From Alphaproteobacteria bacterium (GTDB taxonomy: Bacteria; Pseudomonadota; Alphaproteobacteria; 16-39-46): a stretch of DNA of 64,000 nt. This document shows, piece by piece, positions 37,914 to 48,216 of the stretch. The translations under genes were made by a program, and so were the position numbers. A model generated the notes under the pieces. The model worked only from the letters and a program-made list of their open reading frames with translations, made no database searches and was not told the DNA's origin. Location of the stretch: positions 34,491 to 98,490 of the forward strand of contig JAGYKM010000004.1 of the NCBI GenBank assembly GCA_018401675.1, read 5' to 3'. Positions within the stretch are counted from its first letter, which is position 1; each line of letters starts with the position of its first letter.

Positions 37914-40246
37914 TTAAGTAAAATCTAGCGCACCGCAACCCTCTAAGTGATCTGCAAGAAGATGCACTTGGCTATGAGCTAAATTGATTCCATTCATTTG
38001 TCGAAAAATATCCCCATGGGCGATAAAATTTCTTTCCTCCCTCATCGCTTCCCACATTCTTGCTTCAGACTCAGGAACCACAGCTTCTCTTGCAACCCAA
38101 CCTTTGAGAGCGCCAACACCTACACTTAAGGAATATACAGAGGCTAGGTACGAGGTGGGATTTTCTTTAATTGCTTTAGGCAAGTCAACCTCATGAGCTA
38201 TTTTATAAAAACGTTTCATGGCTTCTTTACTAAATTCAATAAAGTCAGGATCAGTGGCTGATGGATATTTTAGCTTCTTTAGCTGCTTCATTTTCTTTAG
38301 TTTTTTAAGCTGTTCCAAACCCATTTCTGTTAAGTTGGCATATCCATATTCATCTACAGTGGCGTGTGTTGCGTGAAGTTGGCTTATGTCTTTCTCCAAT
38401 GCTTGCATTTTCGGATCAGACTCTAATCTTTTATAAAAGGCAAACTTCGTCGGTAATGTGAGTGCTTCTTGAACCATACGCTCGTTAAAACCAGGACCAT
38501 GAGCGAGCTCATGCAGGTGGGTTGTGGTTCGCTGAAACATAGCCTTATAAAGCTCTTTCCGGGCAGGTTGGTCCAGATCCTTGGCGTTATCCAAGGGTAA
38601 ATTGCTGCACACATTTTGGGTGATGAGCATCTCTGCTCGGAAACGGTTAAAGACAGCAGACAGAGCTTGAAATCGAACTTAGCTACTACCGACGCGTGCA
38701 CAAATAAATTGCTATGGTATGGTGTCAGATGGGCTTGATCCATGGTTAAGAGACCAAGACAAAAGCATGCAATATGGGGCGTATCAAAATGCTCCTGGGC
38801 CACCCTTATTAACAGATCCGTTTCTACCTCCTGAAGATGCATGGCCCCACTGATAAGACGACGCCACAGATAGTCTTTTACTCCTTTATATCCATCTAGA
38901 AACTTCTGAGATTGCCTTGAATCCGCCTGGGTAGGAATGAGCATCTCTAATGCTTGGATCTTCGCATCCAATTTTTTCAGCAAGAGATACGTGACTTGGA
39001 TTTGTCCACTTATCCCCCTTCCCCACAATAGAGCATCTTCTTTAAATAATGGCGTTTGGCGAAAGATTTTTTTAATGGGCTTTTCCAGAGAAGGACTTTG
39101 TGGCGTTCGGGCGCTAACACCATATACAGGCGCGCCGTCCAATTCATTTTGTAACCACAATTCAAAAACTACCCTAGGGTCATCTCCCCAAATCATCTGC
39201 TTAGCTTCGAAGATTCTTTTTTGTAAAGTTTCCAGTTCTAATTGCCACTTTTTAAAATTAATTGAGGGGTCACGTCCCCCCACAAGATTTTCAAAATAAA
39301 TACTAAATCCATGTTCATCTTGGTGTTCCAGCGCATCTCTCAAATGGACCAACTTAACCCAAGGGATGGTGGGCATTTTTTGACGCACAAAACTGGAGAG
39401 ATTTTTATTTGTTGCCAGTTCACCAATCTGGATCATGCCAGCCAGAAAAGCCTCTCTTTGCTCAACCTGGGTAAACTCAGGAATAGCCATGACAATACTC
39501 ACTTCATCTCCAATCCGGCCAAGAGTGAGATAATCATGAGCCATAGCAGAAAGAACCCTGAGCCCCTTCAGTTGAGAACTTGGTACTATAGCCCTTATTT
39601 CTTTCTGGGCTGCAGCTTTAGGCCCACCTGCTAATGACGTAGCAAGATCAACAAACTTCTTGAGCTCTTGCACCTTAACTTCATGGATAGGATCCGCCAA
39701 AGGGTGTCCTGCATACACAAGTTCTAAATCGTGCACCAAGCCAAAAACAGTTCTCAGAATAGGTAATTCTTCCTCAATAATTTTCCCAATTATTTTGCTA
39801 TAGGATGACCCTTCAGCCACGTCAAAAAGATTTGTACGGTAATGAAACACTTGGGCAAGTCGATCAAAAGTAAATAAACTAAAGGGAAGCTGTACAGAGT
39901 CTACCCATTGTTCAACAAAAATATCATAACGCTTTTTGAAGTCAGGGTGCTGCAGATTGACAACATCACATACATCAATAAGGAGCTCAGCAGTATGAGA
40001 GCTTGAAGCTAGAGTTTGGGCACCGTATTTTGTTGTTCCCGCCTCAATAAAATCAAGAATCCCAAGAGCCACATGAAAAGGCACACCTGGACGCTTCAAC
40101 TCAGTCCGGGTATCACGCAAAACACCGTGTCCGTTCTCCACAAACCCATCAACTTCCTCACTCCAAACACAACTTCCTTCTGAGTGCAACACGCTAAAAA
40201 ACAAAAAAACATACCCAATAAGTTTTACCCGTTTAAAAATTCTCAT
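37914..40246 (-). CDS. Large hypothetical exported protein (~800 aa) split by a frameshift into 38423..40246 and 37914..38630
   Basis: N-terminal signal peptide (MRIFKRVKLIGYVFLFFSVLHS). The two ORFs overlap by 208 nt in different frames. No Walker A, so it is not VirD4. Confidence 0.45.
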
Positions 40247-40381
40247 ACTTGTTATCTTTCTTAATCCTATGGACTCAGTCTATCGGCTATAGAGTCAAGA
40301 TAGGCCCTTTTACCCCTAACGCCCTATACCCTTGTTTTGTTGAGAGACTACCTTATCTACATTTCTAAACCAGATAAACGG

Positions 40382-41300
40382 TTATTTTGCTTCCCAAATA
40401 GCAGTCACTCTTCGTTTCCCATCACTTTGCTTATCAACTTGAATCACTTTGTCTAAAACGCTCCGTAAATAGGGTCCACTTTGGAAGGTATCATGACCAC
40501 TCAGAATTAAATTTGTTGGAACGTATGATCTAACGCTGCTTGGGGAGAATTGGCATGAATAGTGTGGACATAAAGCCTTTGTGACCTGTATTCAGTAATC
40601 TTAAAATAGGAAAACAATTATCCACCGAAATCTCGCCCGTAATGAGAATATCGGGACGCATACGCACCACATGATCAATCAAGGATTGATAACTCAGGTG
40701 GCGTGAAGAAGCATAGCGGGGAACACGATAGGAGACCCAATGGGGGTGAGGTAAGTCTAACTCAGGCGTATCTTCAATGGTTATTATCCGTTTGTCTAAG
40801 GGAATCTCTTTTACCAATATATTCAGTAAGCTTGTCTTACCTGAGGACGTCCCTCCAGAAATAAGCATAGAAGACCCCTTTTTGAGGGCTTTCTTTAAAG
40901 ACAGAATTGATGATTGCTCAAGCCCAAAATCTTCCATGGTACGGCTTTGAACACGTCTCAGCCGAACCGATACACTAATGCCATTTTGGACTCGGTCTCC
41001 CCACATGGCTTCAAATCGGTGCCATCCTCCTCGCCTTGCATCGGGGAGAATAGCAGCGAGTAACCCTTGACCTTCAGGCTTAAACTCAAGGCCTTGTTCA
41101 TTGGCCAACGTGTGGATTAAGCCCTCCCAATAGGACAGTGTTAACCGAGTATCTAAATGATGAAGGAACTCCCCCTTATGAGTTTCTAACACAAACTCAC
41201 CTGGTTTTACCGCCATAATTTCCACAAGAGTTAGATCGTCCAAAAAACCTTCCCACGGCCTCAGAAGACTCCCTAAAAGAGGGCTTATTGGAGCAATCAT
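40382..41300 (-). pseudogene. virB11: Type IV secretion ATPase VirB11 with two frameshifts in the C-terminal third (pseudogene or indel errors)
   Basis: Track ORF 40530..41300 contains Walker A GGTSSGKTS, Walker B IITIED, RMRPDILITGEI and His-box LNTGHKG. It then reads ...MSTLFMPILPKQR*. Shifting frame gives TIHANSPQAALDH, and a second shift gives NLILSGHDTFQSGPYLRSVLDKVIQVDKQSDGKRRVTAIWEAK*, which is the canonical VirB11 C-terminus, ending at about 40382. Confidence 0.85.
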
Positions 41301-43549
41301 AATCGACAGATTTCGGTGCGTACTTGATGGGGGCCAGAGACATGAGTCCAGGCACCCGATTGGATCTGACCACCTGGATATTTCCTGTTGAGTCGTTTCT
41401 CTACCGACTGGGTGTGCACAAGCTTGATAAACATATTGGGAAATTTATGAGGGACATGCTGGGCAAAAAGGCTGGCACAGGTGAGCGTCCCTTCAGTACT
41501 CCCGTGGGGATCAAGAGGTGTTTGTACGGGAATAGGGATATTCCGTCCCATATCCCACAACCCCCAGGATGAAAAAGACCGCGTACGGGTTTCTTCTTGT
41601 TTAATGCATAAATTACGACTTTTCTTAATCGTCCTCTCTGGACCCATTTCTTCATAAAAACTACCATCTCCTCTTATATAACGCTGAATTGTGCTCAAGG
41701 GCGTTAATTTAAAACACCCTTCAAAAGTCTCTTCTTCCGTCATGGGCTTTTTGAAAGTGCTTTCCAAAACATAAGCCACTGCGGCTCGAGGATTTTGGGA
41801 TTGAATGGTCCGGATAATAATCTCGTCTCCTCGTTGAGGACTCAAGACCGTTTGAAGTTTTGGATAAGAGTTCTTTTCCTCATCCTTATGAAGATAATCC
41901 ACGATGCGCTTTGAATGAGGGTAGATCTGTGTTGATACCTGACAAGGCGTCATATAAATTCTTTGACCGTCCTTTTCATAGTACTTTCGGGTATAAGAAC
42001 ACGAAGAGTGCGTTTCAAAATTATGCTCAAATAAGCCTTCGCATCCTTCTTCGCTTTCCATAAGCCTTTCACCCACCCTACATTCCGAAATCCACACAGG
42101 TCCTTCAGGCGTTTCTAAATACAGTCGTTCTTGCACAAAACTTTCTCCCGTGATCGGGTCTTGAAATAATGAACAAGTTTGGGTAGTTTTTTCATGGGGA
42201 TAAGCCAAACTATCTTCCAATTGGGGAGATAAGTAATGGAGCACCCCATCTTGTTCCAGAGTGAAACGGTGTTGTTTATAAGAAAATCCCAGTTCAAAAT
42301 CGTGACGCCACCCTTTGAATTCTTTTTGAATGTCCAACAAAGGTGCATCGGGTTTAGGTCGGCAAGGCTCTACCACTATGCGGGTGCCTTGGGGGTTACG
42401 GTAAACCAAAGATGTCTGAATCTGCGCTTTCATCCCATCAAAATCAGGTAGAAAACCACATCCTTCTGGCTCTTCTCTCATTATAAAAGACTGCTCTTCA
42501 TCCTTTTGACACACTTGATCCAAGGCCATTATTTGTCCAGTTCCATCTACCCAAAATCGAGTGTACTGTCGAAAGGCTTTTCCGTCCTCTCGGTCTATTA
42601 GATCGGGGCACTCTCGGTACTCATATTTTATAGGGTAATTCTCCTCAGAAATCTCGCAAGGCCCTTCTTCTATCTCTTGTCCGTTTTCAAAGGTAATTTT
42701 CCTTTTTTGGATGCTCACCCATCCGCGAACAAAATCGATCTTTGGAACGCACCCTCTTATCTCCCACCCAGAATGAATAACTGGGATACCATCACCTTCG
42801 TGGGTAACTGACCCTTCTGACACAGAGGTTATTGGTGCTGTCGGTGGAGAAATTGATGTTGTCACAAATCGATATTCTGGCTCTTTTGTTTTTTCTTGCT
42901 CAAGGGGATTCAGTGCATACAAACCCAAAGCACCACCGTCTCTCATGGCTTGCGATTTTGAATCTGAGGGCTTCTTGAAATCGTCTTTTTTTGATCCAGA
43001 TTTTTCTGGGGAAATTGAAGAGGAAGAATTTTGGTCTTTTTCAGCGCCTATGGTTTTCTGGCCCTCTTGATTAAGGCTTTTTGGCAACATTTCGTCGGTT
43101 TTAATAAACTGACGAACTTGGTGAATAAATTCTTTTTCATCTCCTTTTAGCGCCAAAGCAGTGGATTTTTCCAAAAATGATCCCTTATAGGGAATCACAG
43201 AAGCAATACGACTTTTAATGGTCTCTTTTTTCAATTTATTATTTACTTCTTTTCCTATCTGGGTCCAAATAACTTGGATCACCTCCAAAGATCCTTTTTT
43301 AAATTTTTTATACCGGCCAAAAACCCGTACGGGAGATGTCCCATCTAAAGTTGCATCCCCTGGCAAACGGAATTGGCCTAATATTTCTCCTTGTCCAGGC
43401 AACAAATAGGTGCCCACCATGGTTTCAATAAGGGGATGAGTCAAGAGATGTTCTGGCACAATAGCCATCACCTTTTGTGCTGGAAATTCCAACATACAGC
43501 TTAAGATGAAGACCATCTTCATGCCCTTTTGCGCCCAGCGAAATCTCAT
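41297..43549 (-). CDS. Cys-rich 750-aa hypothetical protein embedded in the virB operon between virB10 and virB11 (candidate novel T4SS component)
   Basis: Its stop overlaps the virB11 start by 4 nt (translational coupling). It starts 60 nt after the virB10 stop. N-terminal hydrophobic segment, many Cys in the C-terminal half, Ser/Lys-rich linker. No VirB1 lytic-transglycosylase motifs. Confidence 0.55.
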   Translation of the reverse strand: MRFRWAQKGMKMVFILSCMLEFPAQKVMAIVPEHLLTHPLIETMVGTYLLPGQGEILGQFRLPGDATLDGTSPVRVFGRYKKFKKGSLEVIQVIWTQIGKEVNNKLKKETIKSRIASVIPYKGSFLEKSTALALKGDEKEFIHQVRQFIKTDEMLPKSLNQEGQKTIGAEKDQNSSSSISPEKSGSKKDDFKKPSDSKSQAMRDGGALGLYALNPLEQEKTKEPEYRFVTTSISPPTAPITSVSEGSVTHEGDGIPVIHSGWEIRGCVPKIDFVRGWVSIQKRKITFENGQEIEEGPCEISEENYPIKYEYRECPDLIDREDGKAFRQYTRFWVDGTGQIMALDQVCQKDEEQSFIMREEPEGCGFLPDFDGMKAQIQTSLVYRNPQGTRIVVEPCRPKPDAPLLDIQKEFKGWRHDFELGFSYKQHRFTLEQDGVLHYLSPQLEDSLAYPHEKTTQTCSLFQDPITGESFVQERLYLETPEGPVWISECRVGERLMESEEGCEGLFEHNFETHSSCSYTRKYYEKDGQRIYMTPCQVSTQIYPHSKRIVDYLHKDEEKNSYPKLQTVLSPQRGDEIIIRTIQSQNPRAAVAYVLESTFKKPMTEEETFEGCFKLTPLSTIQRYIRGDGSFYEEMGPERTIKKSRNLCIKQEETRTRSFSSWGLWDMGRNIPIPVQTPLDPHGSTEGTLTCASLFAQHVPHKFPNMFIKLVHTQSVEKRLNRKYPGGQIQSGAWTHVSGPHQVRTEICRL

Positions 43550-43608
43550 AAATATTTCCTTATCTATAAACTCAATTTATCGAGAAAAAAGTCCTTTTAG
43601 ATCATTCG

Positions 43609-44658
43609 TCAGTGAGCTTGGTCCACCCCACGCATCCAGATATCGTTCATAGGAATGATGAGCAATCGAGAACCACTCGCCACATCCATCACTGGTGCTA
43701 TGTTGATGGTCTCTTTAAGGGTTTGCGCTGTCATTTGGGCTGTTTGTAGACCAAGCATTCCTGTGCTTTGCTGAACCACGCTGGGCAAATTATTGCGCGT
43801 GCCAGCAGCGGCTAAGGAAGAGAGGCCTGCCAAAACAAACGCAGCTCCATATTTATCCCATAACCGATGATTCAACGATCCCGGAATGCCCTTTCGACCC
43901 ATATGATCTGCCACATAAGAATCTGTTAGCACCACGTTAACGCCGTCAGGGCGTAATATTCTGGTACACGTAGCGATCAGCCGAGAATGTCCTTCACCGG
44001 ACAAACTTTCATAGGCGCAAATAAGTCGTGATCCTTTGGGAAGAATAATTTTGCGGCCCCGGTTCGCAAAAACATGCTCATCCACTATGCCAATAAATCG
44101 CCCTCCCATCTGACTATTGATGCTGTTTTCGAGAACAATAGGAATATATCTATCCGCCGTCAAAACCCGATCACTCCTTACAGGAAAAGTCGACACATCT
44201 TCACCGATGGATGGCAAGTGAGTTTTATAGTCAGGATCCACGGGAAATGACGTCTTCTTTTCAGGTTTTTTTGTAAGAGATACAGTTTTCCGCCCTTGAA
44301 GTGCTTGTTCCCGTTTCCTTTGAGCCATTTCCACTTCATAAGGCATAAATACCTCTTCTGACTTTGAAAAAGCTACTTCCGGTTGATCTTGAGCAGGTTC
44401 AAGTTGCCACTCTTGGCTCTCTTCTTGTATTTGTTCCACCACTTTGTCCTTGGGGGGATCTGGCATCTCATGAAGTCTTTGGGAGATAAAAGGAGAGGCC
44501 AAGAGAGATTGAGTCCCTGTCTGGGTCCCAACAGCCTTCTTGTGTTGAGGCTCTTCCCAGCACCCCACTAATCCACTTACCAAAAGTAAACCAACCACCT
44601 TGCCTGCACAGGTATGTTTTGGGATTGATCTTGTATCCGTTTTTCGAGATGAAGCCAT
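43609..44658 (-). CDS. virB10: T4SS protein VirB10 (TrbI family)
   Basis: N-terminal TM, Pro-rich linker, conserved C-terminal domain (...IPIVLEN..GRFIGIV...RLLIIP). Confidence 0.9.
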   Translation of the reverse strand: MASSRKTDTRSIPKHTCAGKVVGLLLVSGLVGCWEEPQHKKAVGTQTGTQSLLASPFISQRLHEMPDPPKDKVVEQIQEESQEWQLEPAQDQPEVAFSKSEEVFMPYEVEMAQRKREQALQGRKTVSLTKKPEKKTSFPVDPDYKTHLPSIGEDVSTFPVRSDRVLTADRYIPIVLENSINSQMGGRFIGIVDEHVFANRGRKIILPKGSRLICAYESLSGEGHSRLIATCTRILRPDGVNVVLTDSYVADHMGRKGIPGSLNHRLWDKYGAAFVLAGLSSLAAAGTRNNLPSVVQQSTGMLGLQTAQMTAQTLKETINIAPVMDVASGSRLLIIPMNDIWMRGVDQAH

Positions 44659-45621
44659 TTAAGACGCCTCCATGGGCTCAATACATACCACTTTCTTTCC
44701 GCTTTTAAGGCTGAGGGGTCCAAACCCTTGAACCACAATCTTTGTGCCCACCACTCTTGTATTGACCGGGGTATCCACGCCATCTACCTTCTTGTAAACA
44801 GCGGGAAGAGTTACAGAATCCCATTTTTTTCCGTAATCGAGCCATATCCATAAGCCATCCGAATAGACATGAAGAGGCGCTATGCTCATGGATGCTTGGT
44901 CTTTAGCTGACATTTCAAAGGCAAAGGAAATCTCATCAAGATTTGGGTGCAAGGTCTCCAAATAGTCAGACTCACTGGATTTTTTTTCTGCCTTCGAAAA
45001 AGATACCTTGTGTTTACTTGGGTAGGAACCTTCCTTTTTCTTGACTAAAGATAGGGGTTCACTAGCCTTAACGTGGACCACCACATCAGGAATATGAATG
45101 CTTAAAATAGGCTCAGACCGAATGTAAAATCCATATACATATCCGCTGGCTCCGATAAGCGTCATGGTGGTATCGCATTCCTCCTTGCGGGCCAGGATAC
45201 TGACTATGTGAGATGCTTTTTTCTCTGCTAAGAACAGATGATCATCTCCCATAAGAATATCTTGAATTTCTTCCCACTCAGGCAAAATTACTGTGGAAAT
45301 CATAAAAGGTCGGGCCTTAATTTTGATTAGCCTCTCCGGTTTAAATTCCACCACATATACCCCGTCGTTGGGGGCCGCTTTATCCCAAGCTCCTTGAACT
45401 TGCCCTAAAGGAATGCTCTCGGGCCTTTCCAACTTTTCACTCACATCTTGCCCTAAAAGAGTTGTGTTCTCAAATAACTCCACAGGAAGGTCAGGTAGAT
45501 CTTCCGTTTGAGCTCTTACCTCCCCATCACACAACAGAAAAAGAAGGCCTAAGCCCAACAGATGATACCTTCTAGAGAGGATCATTCTGCTCTCCTTGAG
45601 GCGATTTTTCACCCACCCCAT
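44659..45621 (-). CDS. virB9: T4SS protein VirB9 (TrbG/CagX family)
   Basis: Signal peptide (internal start MILSRRYHLLGLGLLFLLC at about 45585). Abuts virB10. Typical size. Confidence 0.8.
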   Translation of the reverse strand: MGWVKNRLKESRMILSRRYHLLGLGLLFLLCDGEVRAQTEDLPDLPVELFENTTLLGQDVSEKLERPESIPLGQVQGAWDKAAPNDGVYVVEFKPERLIKIKARPFMISTVILPEWEEIQDILMGDDHLFLAEKKASHIVSILARKEECDTTMTLIGASGYVYGFYIRSEPILSIHIPDVVVHVKASEPLSLVKKKEGSYPSKHKVSFSKAEKKSSESDYLETLHPNLDEISFAFEMSAKDQASMSIAPLHVYSDGLWIWLDYGKKWDSVTLPAVYKKVDGVDTPVNTRVVGTKIVVQGFGPLSLKSGKKVVCIEPMEAS

Positions 45622-46363
45622 AGGTCGTCACGTAAAATCCACAAGGATTATGGTAACGCTCTTCAAATTTCACCCTGTGGGTTTCAAATTTGATGGTCAG
45701 CGTAGATACCCAGCTTTGGACTTTGGTCTTGACGCCATTCTCGTAGTCAACACTGTCCCAGTCAACTTGAACGATATAGGGTAGCTTTGATAAGGTAGCC
45801 ACCGACCGAATTGAAACATGCCGGGTAAGCCCCCGGTTTTTTCTTTTCGAAAATAGCCCCTCGCCCTCCCGAGACATGAGTTGCTTAAAGGCTTGAAAGA
45901 CTTCTGGAGCACTGAAATTAAATATTTTTTGCCATCTCATTTCTTCTGTTTGAAGGTCTATATCTTCTCTCAGTTTCACATACTCTCTCGATAAGGATTC
46001 AACCATGAGAGCAAAGCCCTCAGTATGAGTGGCAATAGGCTCGATCTGCACGATTTGTTCTGTTTGAGGAGAAAAAGTAACCAACAAAGGCTCTACCTTT
46101 TTAAGAGGGAATAGATCAAAAAATAACATACAAAAACAAAAATTTATTATAAATGATCCAAGTAAACATACCCCAAGGAGCCTACATATCCAGTATAGTG
46201 TTCGATAAGCATGTCCAGTTTCCAAGGGACGCCCTTTGGCCAGAGAGGGCAATATAGCATCCTCTCTCTTATGTCTATGTAACCTAAAAACAGTTACAAT
46301 TAAATTCATAAAATATTTTCTTTGCTCTTTTATCGATCCAACTAAATTTTTCATGAAAGCCAA
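45572..46363 (-). CDS. virB8: T4SS protein VirB8
   Basis: Bitopic protein with an NTF2-like periplasmic domain and an NPCGFYVTTY motif (NPxGF). Confidence 0.8.
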   Translation of the reverse strand: MAFMKNLVGSIKEQRKYFMNLIVTVFRLHRHKREDAILPSLAKGRPLETGHAYRTLYWICRLLGVCLLGSFIINFCFCMLFFDLFPLKKVEPLLVTFSPQTEQIVQIEPIATHTEGFALMVESLSREYVKLREDIDLQTEEMRWQKIFNFSAPEVFQAFKQLMSREGEGLFSKRKNRGLTRHVSIRSVATLSKLPYIVQVDWDSVDYENGVKTKVQSWVSTLTIKFETHRVKFEERYHNPCGFYVTTYGVGEKSPQGEQNDPL

Positions 46364-46578
46364 ATACCATTTCTGTAGAATACATCACCACAGGGACATA
46401 CTGACTCTTTCAACTCATCTATACCTGACCCTACCCCCACCACCTCTTCTTCTTGACTTGAGCATCCCACCATACTCACCAGCAAAATACCTATCCCTAT
46501 GGGGAAAACCTGTCGCCATGTTTTTTTGTAGGTAAAACGGATATTCCTAGATGTTTCTCTCGTATTAAGCCCATCCAT
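46351..46578 (-). CDS. virB7: VirB7-like small lipoprotein
   Basis: 75 aa with a signal peptide ending ...ILLVSMVGC (lipobox-like Cys) and Cys residues in the mature part. Canonical position between virB6 and virB8. Overlaps both neighbours. Confidence 0.45.
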   Translation of the reverse strand: MDGLNTRETSRNIRFTYKKTWRQVFPIGIGILLVSMVGCSSQEEEVVGVGSGIDELKESVCPCGDVFYRNGIWLS

Positions 46579-47488
46579 AGCGTTTAGCCCCTCCTTTGTT
46601 TCCTAAAAATGTTCCCGCCACATACATGGCGTAATATCGAGCCCTCAAATGGAAATACCCAGATATAAATCCCAAAATCCAAATGGCCCAGTAAGCTTTA
46701 GAGAAAATAAATCCACTTATATTCCCCGCAGCCTGTTCCCCTCCAACCGGGATGAGGGGGGCAAATTTTTCGAACACTGCCAAGGTAAACCCCATGGCAA
46801 GACAAGAAAAAAGAAGGGTAAAAGTACCTGTAACGCCAATCCGAAGAGTATTGATGGCCATACCTCGGGTGCTTTCAAAGCAAAGAGCGATAAAAATCAG
46901 CGGGCTGATAGCTGTCACTATGAGAATTGAGAAAACAAAATCTATCAAAACAGCCAAAAAAATACATAAAGTGGCCATATAGGGAATAATAAAAATAATT
47001 CCCGCTATAAACGGTTTCCAGGAGGTCCATCCAGCTTCTTCCAAGAGAAGGCCCCACAATTGAAATACTGTTTTGTGCCATGCCCCGTCTACGCAGGAAA
47101 GAACGCCTTCAAAAGTTGCTGTTTGGATCGACGCTCCGCTCCGCATGATAATAACTTGTGCAATACCTGAAACGCTTTTCAAAAAAGGTTCATGCATAAA
47201 ATCCCAGTAGAAAGTAGATCCTTTTAACAAAATACCCATAAGACAAAACAACCCGAGATTCTTTAAAACCAAAGATCGATCAAAATCTGCTTTTAAGATT
47301 AGATGAAACAGAATTTGCCAGGCCACCCAAGCCCCAAGGCTCGCTTTAAAAAGTATCCACACCGGATCCAGGAGGTGCATATACACATCTTTTCCATACA
47401 CCACGCTAAACTCATAGAAGGCACCATACATCTCACATACATAGCACCGAGGATCTGGCTGAATCAGGCTCACGATAGTTGCCCCCAA
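46565..47488 (-). CDS. virB6: T4SS protein VirB6 (TrbL family) polytopic membrane protein
   Basis: Multiple TM helices at typical length, in operon position. Confidence 0.8.
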   Translation of the reverse strand: MGATIVSLIQPDPRCYVCEMYGAFYEFSVVYGKDVYMHLLDPVWILFKASLGAWVAWQILFHLILKADFDRSLVLKNLGLFCLMGILLKGSTFYWDFMHEPFLKSVSGIAQVIIMRSGASIQTATFEGVLSCVDGAWHKTVFQLWGLLLEEAGWTSWKPFIAGIIFIIPYMATLCIFLAVLIDFVFSILIVTAISPLIFIALCFESTRGMAINTLRIGVTGTFTLLFSCLAMGFTLAVFEKFAPLIPVGGEQAAGNISGFIFSKAYWAIWILGFISGYFHLRARYYAMYVAGTFLGNKGGAKRYGWA

Positions 47489-48216
47489 GGAAAGTCGGCC
47501 CCCTGCCCAGGCGATGTCCTGGGCTCGTCTCTAAGCAAGAGAGGGGAATGCCTTAAAGTATCACTAGCTGAAACACCCATAATGTGCGTCAGAGCCACCC
47601 TCATCTGTATGGTTTCATGAATGAGAAGCATGAGGAGATTATTGGTCAGCCCTACATCGCTCCTTAAATCTCGGCCCTGGGCGGATTGGCTCGCAATTTC
47701 TTCCAGTTTACCGTAATCTTGCTCTATGAGGGCTCCACTCCGAATTGAGAGCGTCAAAGCATTCAAGGTAAGATCCCTTAACAGAGCCTCTCTTTCTGCC
47801 ATCAATAAATGATGACTGGTAGGCGTATCAGAGCCTATTGAATCCATTCGCATAAGTCGAGAAAGGTGTTCTCTAACACTCTGTGAGGTCTCTTGGGAAG
47901 ACATGGAGCCCACTTTAGGAATCCATCTGGCAAAAGTCTTTTCCAAAGATTTCGCTCGGGTGACGTAGGCTGTGATCGTTCCATAATTCAAGGGAATCTG
48001 AGATCCCATAATAGTCTCCACGTCAGAAACACTTTGAATCACTTCTTTTTGGATCTCTTTAAGTCCCTTCATGGATGAAAGTAATTTTTCACAAAGCGTG
48101 TAGACAAGAGGGTCAAACACCTCTGAAGGGACTCCTTGACTTTTGAAAGGATACAACCACAGCATATTTAGTAAGCACACACTGCTGCATATTTTTGACC
48201 TTCTTAGTCTTTTCAT
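47470..48216 (-). CDS. virB5: VirB5-like minor pilus subunit (positional assignment)
   Basis: Start MKRLRRSK... overlaps the virB4 stop by ATGA. Signal peptide, predicted alpha-helical, about 250 aa, between virB4 and virB6. Confidence 0.4.
   Translation of the reverse strand: MKRLRRSKICSSVCLLNMLWLYPFKSQGVPSEVFDPLVYTLCEKLLSSMKGLKEIQKEVIQSVSDVETIMGSQIPLNYGTITAYVTRAKSLEKTFARWIPKVGSMSSQETSQSVREHLSRLMRMDSIGSDTPTSHHLLMAEREALLRDLTLNALTLSIRSGALIEQDYGKLEEIASQSAQGRDLRSDVGLTNNLLMLLIHETIQMRVALTHIMGVSASDTLRHSPLLLRDEPRTSPGQGADFPWGQLS

Noticed and set aside
38423-40246. The 607-aa protein as VirD4 coupling protein (expected after virB11)
   Set aside because: No Walker A/B motifs and no N-terminal double-TM anchor. 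It has a cleavable signal peptide instead.
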